NCBI GenBank assembly: GCA_963756875.1
Contig: CAVWPA010000003.1
Span: forward strand, 352,001-416,000
Direction: 5' to 3'
Source of the DNA: an uncultured Verrucomicrobiae bacterium
Lineage (GTDB): Bacteria; Verrucomicrobiota; Verrucomicrobiia; Chthoniobacterales; UBA10450
Length of the DNA stretch: 64,000 nt
Shown one piece after another: positions 31,983-40,086 of this stretch. The notes below the pieces were generated by a model, which saw only the letters and a list, made by a program, of their open reading frames with translations, made no database searches and was not told the origin of the DNA. The position numbers were made by a program, and so were the translations under genes. Position 1 is the stretch's first letter. Each line of letters starts with the position of its first letter.

Positions 31983-33148
31983 GCCAGCGCCTTTCGTCGC
32001 TTTTTCGAGAACCCAACAAGATGAGAGCCGAACTGCACAAGCAACCCGGCAGCCACAATAACGCACGCGATGTAAGGCGCCATGAAGCTCGGATTGTGCA
32101 CCACCTGCAAAATCGTCGCTGTATCTCCTTTCTGAAATCCGGCCTGGTAAAACGTCTCGCCGCGGTAACGCAACGGATGGTTCATGTAGATGAGAACATC
32201 GCGGTCCACCGAGCGCTCGGGATCGATCAGGGTAATCTTGCTCGCAAAATTCTTGGGGATGTCGGTCCCGGCATAGCGTTCGTGCGTGAACTTTTGCAAC
32301 GTGACGCTGTAGGGCTCGTAATAGCGCTCCGGACGCAGCGCAATCATCCATCTGCGGCCGCCGCACCAAAATGTTTGTGGCGCGCCGAGCGCGTCCGAAA
32401 CCAGCCATGTGCCGAGCGGAACACCCGATTGCTTCGGAACAATTTGGATGGCCGCGCTCATCACGTCCTGGTCGTTAACGCCCGTGACTGGTGGCGCCGG
32501 CTCGACGGCAACCTGGGCGCCGGGGCCGCGATTTGCAATCGGCTGGATGTCGTTTCCTGATTCGCCCACCATCCGGAGGTGCGAGTTCTGATAAAAGTTC
32601 TTCACCACAATTCGGAACGGCAAACTCCAATGATCGATCGTTCGATTGCGCCGCAGCACAGCATCCGGGATCGCGGTCACCTGATCGAAGTCGCCGCCGC
32701 TGATGTCGATCACGGCCAATTCCATTCGCAGCGTGTCCTCCGAATAGTTTTTTGTTTCGCCGCGAGTGAGCCGCATGTGGCTTTCGACCGCGAAAAGATC
32801 GGTGAAGAGGCCGCCGGCAAGCAAGATAATCAGGCCGGCGTGCGTGAGATGGATGCCGAGCTTGCGCCACGTCCAGCGAAAACGTTTCGCGTGAGCGGCG
32901 ATGAGATTAACCAGCAGGATGGCGCCGATGAGATGGCCGCCGGGGAAAACAGGAACTTTAAAACCTGGCCCCTGCGACGACGGATACCAGACGAACAAAC
33001 TTTGGAAATAGCGCTGCTGCGCTTCGTGAATGCCAAGATGAACCTGGGCAAGCGTGCCCGCGAAGATAAGCGCCATCGCGGCCGCCAGACACACAATGGT
33101 TAGCTTGAGAGAGGTGAACAGATCAACGAGCCGCCGCCACATTGCCAT
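31979..33148 (-). CDS. resB: Cytochrome c biogenesis protein ResB/CcsB-like
   Basis: SLKLTI...GTLAQ, GIHLTHAG, PKNFAS, IYMNHPLRYRGETFYQ. Confidence 0.88.
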   Translation of the reverse strand: MAMWRRLVDLFTSLKLTIVCLAAAMALIFAGTLAQVHLGIHEAQQRYFQSLFVWYPSSQGPGFKVPVFPGGHLIGAILLVNLIAAHAKRFRWTWRKLGIHLTHAGLIILLAGGLFTDLFAVESHMRLTRGETKNYSEDTLRMELAVIDISGGDFDQVTAIPDAVLRRNRTIDHWSLPFRIVVKNFYQNSHLRMVGESGNDIQPIANRGPGAQVAVEPAPPVTGVNDQDVMSAAIQIVPKQSGVPLGTWLVSDALGAPQTFWCGGRRWMIALRPERYYEPYSVTLQKFTHERYAGTDIPKNFASKITLIDPERSVDRDVLIYMNHPLRYRGETFYQAGFQKGDTATILQVVHNPSFMAPYIACVIVAAGLLVQFGSHLVGFSKKRRKALA

Positions 33149-34244
33149 CAGGAATTAAACTGGATCGAGCGAAGAAAGTCTAAGAATTTCGATTTTTCCT
33201 GCTCAACCATTGGGCTAGGGCCGCTCATTTTGAAAAACCAGGTCCGGCCGTCCCGCCGTATCCACGCGGTGACAACCCGTGAATCGCTCCCCGCGAGATC
33301 GACGGTCGAGAAATCTGCGCTCCCTGCATTTAGCGGGACAATCGCCGCTGCGGCATCCTTTTCATCAAGCGGCGCGAGGCCGATTTGTCCACGCCAGCGG
33401 TTGACGTTGGCGGGATCGTCTCCGCCAGTGCCGGGAAAAGTAACCACAGAGATGTCGAGCTTGCCGCCATTTTCGCCCGACACGCTGAAGCTCGCGTAGC
33501 GCATCGCTGATGGCGGAACTTCCTTCCAATCAGCCGGCGCTTTCCATTTGATCTGTGGCGCGCCTGATTTCTGCGGCGGCGGCGGCATCGCCGCCATGTC
33601 CGGCGCTTTGTTTGTCGTCTGCGCGTTGCAAACAGCGGCAACCCATTTGATGAAATCGCTCTTCTGCGCCTCGGTCAGCGCGGCGTTTCCGCGCATTTTG
33701 AAAAACAGCGTCGAGCTGCTGGTGGGGGCCATGGCTGCAATAATTCTTCCGTCCTTGGCCGCGTCAGCGCCTTGCGGGAGTCCCGCCAGATCGAAAATCA
33801 GCACGTCTCCAATCGACGTAGTAAGCCGCTGCGCAATCCCGGCGAGTTTTTGCTGAGTGATCGGCGGCTGGCCAAGCTGGGAGAGCCAGCGATTCACATT
33901 TTCGAGCTCGTGTCCCGCGGCGGGGCCCAGGCTCACCAGTGAAATGTCCACGACGGCGCCGTTGTCGCCCTTAACCAAATAGCTGGCCCGCCGCATTTGA
34001 GAGAGCGGCTGCGGCTGCCAGCTCGGCGGCGTTGGGTACCTGTCGAGGTCGCGACCGGGGCCATTCCGCCTGAAAACGCGGGCGTAGCTTCGTTCGTCGG
34101 CATCGCGTTTTGCTGCCCGGGCGCGGCTTCCTCAAGGGGGGCCTTTGAGACCCGATACACCTTAATTTCTGCTTTTCTTTGGCACCCGGCGGCAAGCACA
34201 ACCACGACGAGCGCGCCCACCAAGAAAAGACTTCGCTCGGTCAT
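33148..34244 (-). pseudogene. Lipoprotein with two repeated domains at the head of the ccs operon; one frameshift near 34035
   Basis: Lipobox LAAGC is in one frame and PTPPSWQPQPLSQMRRASY continues in another. Adding one C to the CCC run (ggg at 34034-34036) gives a 365-aa ORF. Confidence 0.75.
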
Positions 34245-34501
34245 TGAGGAGCGAATATTACAACATGTTCGCTTCAGAGCGCTAGCCCAATGTTCAAGAA
34301 AATCATGTCCTAGCCCGGGAACTGGCGAAGGCTTTAACCGCGCGTGGCGCGTCGTGATCGCGACCGCCCGACGCACAGAGAAACTTGATCAACTCATGCG
34401 CTTTAACTTGTTTTTTTCTTGCGGGGCACAAAGCTAAAGGGCTACAACTCAAGGCGCGGTGCAGTAAAACGAGTAACTCGTTCGCCAAATATTCATTCTC
34501 G

Positions 34502-35950
34502 ATGGTTTCAAGGCCGAATCAGCCCCTGCTTGTTCTGCTAACGGGCCACTCGCTGAGCCTGATCGGTTCAGGGCTTGTTACGACGGCGGTTATTTTGCGG
34601 CTTTTTGTGGTGCCGTCGAGCGCGGGCGGCCCGGTGAGTAACCCGCATATCGGCATCCTCGTGTTCATTGGTCTGCCGATTGTATTTTTTGCCGGGTTGG
34701 CGCTAATTCTGATCGGCCTGTGGTGTTTTGAACCGGCGATTCCAAAAAGGTCTCGTGGAGGCTGCAGGTTATCGGAAGGTGCCGTTCCTTCAGTTGTGTG
34801 TAGAAAACGTCGCGCGGGCCTTCAGGTCGCGCTGCTGATGGTGACGTTGCCCTTGGCGCTCCATGCCGAGGAGGTGGATTGCCTGTCCTGCCATGCGGAC
34901 AAGAGCCTTCAGAACGCAGCAGGACAAAGTGTCACCGTGGATGCGCAAAAGTTTAGAGCGAGCATACACGGCAGTCTGAACTGCACCGATTGCCATACCG
35001 GGATCCAGGATTATCCCCATCCGGAACACCCCGCGCTTGCCAGATGCGATTCGTGCCACGCCGACGAGGTAGCAGCCGTCCACGGCAGTGTCCATGCCTC
35101 CGCCAGCGCACATCTGTGCACCGGCTGTCATGGAGATGCCCACGCGATCACCTCGAAGGACAATCCGCAGTCTCCGGTGTATGCACTGAATGTGCCCCGC
35201 ACGTGCGGGTCCTGCCACAGCAATCCGGACCTGGCAAGGAAACATGGCTTGACCAATGTCTATGCGATGTACATCGATTCCATTCACGGATTCGCTCTTA
35301 GTAAGGAAGGACTGCTGGTGGCCGCAAACTGCTCGAGCTGCCACGGAACACATCGCATCTTGAGTCGAACAGACCCGCGAAGCTCCACCTATAGAAGGAA
35401 CATTCCAGACACATGTGGAACCTGCCATGCAGGTATAAAGGTTGATTACCTCGCCGGCGCGCACGGAAGGGCCCTCGAAGCCGGCAACCTTAAGGCGCCG
35501 GTATGCACCGACTGCCATACCGCGCATCAGATCTCCGCGCCTCGGGAGGTGGCGTTTCAAGTGAGAACGACGGCTACGTGCGGCACGTGCCACCGGGAAA
35601 GGTTGACAACCTATCGGGACACCTTCCATGCGCAGGTGTCGGCGCTGGGCTATTCGGAAGTGGCGCGCTGCTGGGACTGTCACGGAGAGCACCGAATTCT
35701 GCCCGCATCCGATCCCAGGTCGCCGGTCAATAGGGCGAACTTGATTGCCACTTGCGGCAAATGCCATAGTAGCGCCAACGCGAGTTTTATTAGCTATCGA
35801 CCGCATGCGAATGCACGCGACCGCAGTTCGAACCCGACACTCTATTTCATCCGGGTCTTTATGAACGTGCTCCTGTGGAGCGTACTGGGATTTTTTGCCT
35901 TACACACCATATTGTGGTTTATCCGTTCGCGGTTCCCTAATAGGAAATGA
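34502..35950 (+). CDS. 11-heme cytochrome c (CbcL-type c domain) with an N-terminal ImcH-like membrane remnant
   Basis: 11 CxxCH motifs counted, C-terminal TM, internal signal-like segment ...PLALHA|EEVDCLSCH. The true start is uncertain. Confidence 0.88.
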   Translation: MVSRPNQPLLVLLTGHSLSLIGSGLVTTAVILRLFVVPSSAGGPVSNPHIGILVFIGLPIVFFAGLALILIGLWCFEPAIPKRSRGGCRLSEGAVPSVVCRKRRAGLQVALLMVTLPLALHAEEVDCLSCHADKSLQNAAGQSVTVDAQKFRASIHGSLNCTDCHTGIQDYPHPEHPALARCDSCHADEVAAVHGSVHASASAHLCTGCHGDAHAITSKDNPQSPVYALNVPRTCGSCHSNPDLARKHGLTNVYAMYIDSIHGFALSKEGLLVAANCSSCHGTHRILSRTDPRSSTYRRNIPDTCGTCHAGIKVDYLAGAHGRALEAGNLKAPVCTDCHTAHQISAPREVAFQVRTTATCGTCHRERLTTYRDTFHAQVSALGYSEVARCWDCHGEHRILPASDPRSPVNRANLIATCGKCHSSANASFISYRPHANARDRSSNPTLYFIRVFMNVLLWSVLGFFALHTILWFIRSRFPNRK

Positions 35951-35973
35951 GACATCGCTGACCAGACAGAATA

Positions 35974-36819
35974 ATGACCACAAAACACGAGGAAATCCGC
36001 GGCGAAGATCGATACTTCCTCCGTTTCAGGCCGGACCAAGTATATCTTCACGCCATCCTTGTCGGCACCTTTCTGGGTTTGGCCATGACTGGACTGCCGC
36101 TTCGCTTCAGCAACACAATCTGGGCAGCCCGCTTTGCGCAGGTCGTGGGCGGATTCGGCGCCATCCTCTTCTTTCACAAGTTCTGCGCTGTGGTCCTGAC
36201 GGCAGCCTTTCTGGTTCACGTGGCGCACATTCTAAATCGCGGGCTGATTCGCAGGGAGACTGGCATTTTCTGGGGGCCGACATCTATGGTCCCTCAGTGG
36301 AAGGATCTAGTCGATCTATTCGGCCATCTGCGGTGGTTTATTGGACTTGGACCAAGGCCGCAATTCGAGCGCTATGCGTATTGGGAGAAGTTTGATTACT
36401 GGGCAGTCTTCTGGGGAATGGTCATCATCGGTTTGTCCGGATATGTCATGTGGTTCGCGCCATTCTTTGCCAGATTCCTGCCCGGTTGGGCCTTAAACGC
36501 CGCACTCGTCATACACGGCGAGGAAGCCCTGCTCGCGGTTCTATTCATTTTCGCTATCCATTTCTTCAATGCTCATCTTCGCCCGGATAGTTTCCCAATG
36601 GATCTGGTTATCATGACCGGCAGGGAGAGCGAAACGGAATTTCAGAAAAAGCGTTCGCTGGAGTATCAGCGGCTTGCCGGCCAGGGAAACCTGGAGGCGA
36701 GAATCGTCAGCAAGCCCCCGCCGCCGTTGGTAAAGTTCAGCAGGGTGGCGGGATCCATCGCTATTCTGATCGGGTTGGTGCTTCTGGTGTTGACGTTGAT
36801 CGCTTATTTCAGCGAATAA
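35974..36819 (+). CDS. FdnI/HydC-like diheme cytochrome b (CbcL-type b domain)
   Basis: YLH, LAMTGLP, FFHKF, LVH, YWEKFDYWAVFWG, IHGEEALLA, IHFFNAHLRP. Confidence 0.9.
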   Translation: MTTKHEEIRGEDRYFLRFRPDQVYLHAILVGTFLGLAMTGLPLRFSNTIWAARFAQVVGGFGAILFFHKFCAVVLTAAFLVHVAHILNRGLIRRETGIFWGPTSMVPQWKDLVDLFGHLRWFIGLGPRPQFERYAYWEKFDYWAVFWGMVIIGLSGYVMWFAPFFARFLPGWALNAALVIHGEEALLAVLFIFAIHFFNAHLRPDSFPMDLVIMTGRESETEFQKKRSLEYQRLAGQGNLEARIVSKPPPPLVKFSRVAGSIAILIGLVLLVLTLIAYFSE

Positions 36820-36948
36820 CACGAGTATAGCCCTTCGGCCGAAGCCTGCACCTATCGGGCATCTCGGCTATTGGCTTGCTATGCCAGCAGGATGCCGAGG
36901 CTCAAAGGCAGAAAGTTTCTCAGCAAGACGCGCGACGGAGTCCAGAGC

Positions 36949-38427
36949 TTAGAGCAGGTCGCCGGTATGGCACTCATAGCATTTCATATCGCCGTAATCG
37001 CCTCCCGGATGGGCGAACAGCTGACCGCGTGCATCAAGTTGATCAAGTTGCGGGCCACTGCCCTGGGCCAGGATCATGTGACAGGCGTTGCAGTCATTGG
37101 TAATAGTCTTTTTGCCGTCGGCGGTTTTGTGTTGGCCGTCGTGGCAGCGGAAACAGCCGGCCCAGTTCCGGTGGCCGATGTCATCGGGATAAACTTTCCA
37201 GTTGGCTTTCATCTCGGGGAAAAAGTTCTGGCGGTAAATGCGCTGGACTTCGTTGATCGCCTGCCGCGCCCGCGCGTCGCCGGGATAGTACGAGGCCAGT
37301 TTGGTGGCGATCTTCTCCAGCCCTTCGGTTCGCGTGGCATAGCGCTGCGTCAGCACTTCCACGGCGTGTTTTTTGATGAACGGCAACGTCCGATCGATCT
37401 GGCCCAGCGCGATGGCCAGGTCTACGGCAATATCGGGTGGCTGGAAGTTGTGTGACGGCCGGTTGTGGCAGTCCATGCAGTCCATCCGCCGGATTTGAGA
37501 TGCATCGATTTTGTTCTTGAAATCCGGCGTGCTGAATTCGGCCACCACTCCCTGGTAATCAGTCATGCGCACCCAGGGGATAGTCTGGCGGGTGTTGTCG
37601 CTGGCGATGTATTCGATTTTGTTGGCGACGTTCATGTGCCAGTGAATGCCGCCCACCGGTCCGTGCGTTGCATCGGCGCCGCCCACCTTAATCAACAGCC
37701 GCACGGCATACGGCGTGTTCTTTTCGTCCGCCAGAAAATGCCGAAACGTCCGATCGAGATTGCCGACAAATTTCTTTGGCCAGTGGCACTGCTCGCAGGT
37801 TTGCTGGGCGGGGCGCAGGTTCTTGATCGGCGTTTCGATCGGGCGCGGAAACCTGTTGAACAGGACCGCATATACCTGGTAGGTGCCGCTGATCTTCGAT
37901 TTCACAAACCAGGTCGCGCCGGGCCCAATGTGGCATTCTGTGCAAGCCACCCGCGCGTGCGGCGAGTTTTCGTAAGTAGTCAGTTCCGGGCTCATGACGG
38001 CGTGGCAGGCCTGGCCGCAAAACTGGACCGACTCGGTGAAATGATAGGTTTGGTAACTGCCGAACGCCGATAAAAATAAGAATCCAACGCTGACCACGGC
38101 GAAGATGCCGAAGATTTTCCGGTCGCGCGGCCGTGACAAGTCAATTTTGATACCGAGAGGTTCAGCCACTCGCACGGCGCGGCGTCGCGTGCGCCAGCGA
38201 ATAAGTGCACCAAGCAACGCGAAAAAGATTCCGACAACAAAAAACAGCGGCGCAACCAAGTAGGCGAGAATGCCGACATACGGATTCGGATAACCGGCGA
38301 ACAGGTCGATCGTGAAAAGGAGAAAAAACGAAAAAAGCGCGCTGGCGGCGAGGACCATTCCCGACCAGCTAAGCCAGTTGCGGAAATTGCGCCTGAAAGG
38401 CCGGGGCTGCGCGGGACCTTCAGGCAT
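36949..38427 (-). CDS. ImcH-like inner-membrane heptaheme cytochrome c (NapC/NirT domain)
   Basis: 3 N-terminal TMs, TESVQFCGQACH (CX3CH), SPHARVAC, and 6 CxxCH motifs (CTECH, CEQCH, CMDCH, CFRCH, CNACH, CYECH). Confidence 0.88.
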   Translation of the reverse strand: MPEGPAQPRPFRRNFRNWLSWSGMVLAASALFSFFLLFTIDLFAGYPNPYVGILAYLVAPLFFVVGIFFALLGALIRWRTRRRAVRVAEPLGIKIDLSRPRDRKIFGIFAVVSVGFLFLSAFGSYQTYHFTESVQFCGQACHAVMSPELTTYENSPHARVACTECHIGPGATWFVKSKISGTYQVYAVLFNRFPRPIETPIKNLRPAQQTCEQCHWPKKFVGNLDRTFRHFLADEKNTPYAVRLLIKVGGADATHGPVGGIHWHMNVANKIEYIASDNTRQTIPWVRMTDYQGVVAEFSTPDFKNKIDASQIRRMDCMDCHNRPSHNFQPPDIAVDLAIALGQIDRTLPFIKKHAVEVLTQRYATRTEGLEKIATKLASYYPGDARARQAINEVQRIYRQNFFPEMKANWKVYPDDIGHRNWAGCFRCHDGQHKTADGKKTITNDCNACHMILAQGSGPQLDQLDARGQLFAHPGGDYGDMKCYECHTGDLL

Positions 38428-38479
38428 TACTCGATTACCGGTTGCGGATCTTTGGGAACTACGGGCTGTTTGGCAGCCT

Positions 38480-38644
38480 CTGTCATTCCCAGGGAGGTCG
38501 AGAATGGAGCGGCTTGGGAAGCCGCAGCATAGGCGAAAAGGCCGAAGGCTGAGCGAGCGCGAACCGAGCAAATCAAATCTCTAATTGCCACAGCCTGGCT
38601 CCGGAATGCAGTAAGAGATGTCTCGACTTCACTCGACATGACAG
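38480..38644. repeat. Degenerate REP-doublet/MITE-like element
   Basis: Imperfect terminal inverted repeats TGTCATTCCCAGGGAGGTCGAGA / TCTCGACTTCACTCGACATGACA (18/23 match) and an inner ATCTCT/AGAGAT pair. Confidence 0.65.
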
Positions 38645-38881
38645 AAGTAAGCTCTTTTTTAACGGGCCCGAGTATGGCAGCCCGATTCAGCCGAGGGAAT
38701 CTTTTTTTTCAGTTCAGAGCCCGCGATGGTTTACGGGATGGAGGATGCGCTGCGCCGCATCCAAAGAATTTAGGACGAGACTCACCCCGGCGAGCAAGTT
38801 GCGGTCGTCCCTCCAGGCAACAAGCGTCGCCTCTCCGGACAAATGCTCCGTAGACGGACTTTTCGCGAGGCGCTTCGCTAT

Positions 38882-39196
38882 TTATTTCTTGAACGAGCGA
38901 ACATAGGCCACGAGCGCCTTGATCTCGTCGTTGGAAAGCTTGCCCTTAGATCCCTTCATCTTCTCCTTGCCGTTCTCGATGATTTCGGTCGCTTGCGCGT
39001 CGGTGAATCCGGCCTGCACCTTGGGGTCGCGGTAATCCTTGATGCCCAATTTCTTGCCCATCATCGTGCTCCCGCTGCCATCTTTTCCATGGCAGCCTGC
39101 ACAATGCAGGCTCCAGTTTGCCGCCGCGTCCGCTGCGAACGCCACGCCTCCCGACGCCATGATTGCTGCTAATACGAGCGATATTTTTCGTTTCAT
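38882..39196 (-). CDS. Periplasmic monoheme class I cytochrome c
   Basis: Signal peptide AFA|AD, CAGCH, candidate distal Met in EKMKG, terminal LVAYVR helix. Confidence 0.93.
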   Translation of the reverse strand: MKRKISLVLAAIMASGGVAFAADAAANWSLHCAGCHGKDGSGSTMMGKKLGIKDYRDPKVQAGFTDAQATEIIENGKEKMKGSKGKLSNDEIKALVAYVRSFKK

Positions 39197-39530
39197 GAGA
39201 TTAAGCCTTTCGTTCTTTATGCAAGATTTGACGCAAAAACTTCAATTTGCTTCACAGCAACATTGGAGCCGACTGCCGACAATGGCAACTCTGAGCAAAG
39301 GCGCGAAATTCGTCAATCTTCAGGGAGACGTGGCTTGGCGGGATTTGCCCTGGCAAAGGTAAATGGGGCTCGCTGCAAGCCTGGGCTCACCCATTGTGGC
39401 ACGCACGGGCATTTGCGATGGGGTGGAATCGGCCGCTCCGCGGGCGATGTTATAATAATAAATGCGGCTGCGCCGCCTGACTTACCATCGAGCTCGGAGA
39501 GCTCGATCCACCTTTTAGCCCCCGGGCCGT

Positions 39531-39860
39531 TTATTTCTTCAGCGTTCGCACGTAGGCAACGAGCGCCTTGACATCATCGTCGCCGAGCTTACTGCCGAAG
39601 GCTTTCATCACCATCTTGCCGTTTTCCTTTTTGCCGTTCTTAATCGCGTCGGCCGCCTCGGCGTCGGTGAAAGAGGCCTGAACCTTCGGGTCGGTCAAAT
39701 TCTTCGCGTTCAGAATCTTTCCCATCTTTGTGTCGGCGGCGCCGGTTTTTCCGTGACACTGCGCGCAGTTATTGTCCCAGTTTGTCTTCGCGTCTGCCGC
39801 GCGAGCAGACAGAGGCAGGGTGGCAAGCAGGCCGAGAGCGATGATGAGGATTGTTTTCAT
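39531..39860 (-). CDS. Periplasmic monoheme class I cytochrome c (paralog)
   Basis: Signal peptide ARA|AD, CAQCH, VMKAF, LVAYVR. Confidence 0.93.
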   Translation of the reverse strand: MKTILIIALGLLATLPLSARAADAKTNWDNNCAQCHGKTGAADTKMGKILNAKNLTDPKVQASFTDAEAADAIKNGKKENGKMVMKAFGSKLGDDDVKALVAYVRTLKK

Positions 39861-39957
39861 AAAAAGAGTCTTTTCTGAATGGTGCTAATCAATTAAGCCC
39901 GGCATTTGTTCGCGTGCAAGCTGGCATCTGCCCGGGCTTTGCCGAGAGACGGGTTGA

Positions 39958-40048
39958 CTGTAGTGGCAGCCGTGTCGGCTGCGTTACCGCCCTGCGGGCG
40001 ACACGTCCGCCGCTGGGCGGACTCGCCGCGGTGAGCCTGCCTCTACAG
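39958..40048. repeat. GTAG-type REP doublet (REPIN-like)
   Basis: Inverted ends CTGTAGTGGCAG...CTGCCTCTACAG; internal hairpins GCAGCCG-tgt-CGGCTGC and GCGGGCG-aca-CGTCCGC. Confidence 0.7.
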
Positions 40049-40086
40049 AACCAAGCAACAGGCTCTTCAACAACGCCAGTTACGCC

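Noticed and set aside
31983..32408. Long N-terminal extensions in the ORF track for ccsA (also hemY, hemH, SDR and the ImcH-like gene)
   Set aside because: They overlap upstream genes or a repeat. Downstream starts with ATGA coupling, an SD or a family-typical N-terminus fit better.
34385..34398. TTGAT half-site as a possible FNR box
   Set aside because: No ATCAA at the required 4-nt spacing.
34420..34460. GGGGCACAAAGCTAAAGGGCTA resembles part of a c-di-GMP-I/GEMM riboswitch
   Set aside because: The upstream GGCAAA/GAAA P2 stem and the closing P1 are absent. An Infernal search with the c-di-GMP-I model would settle it.
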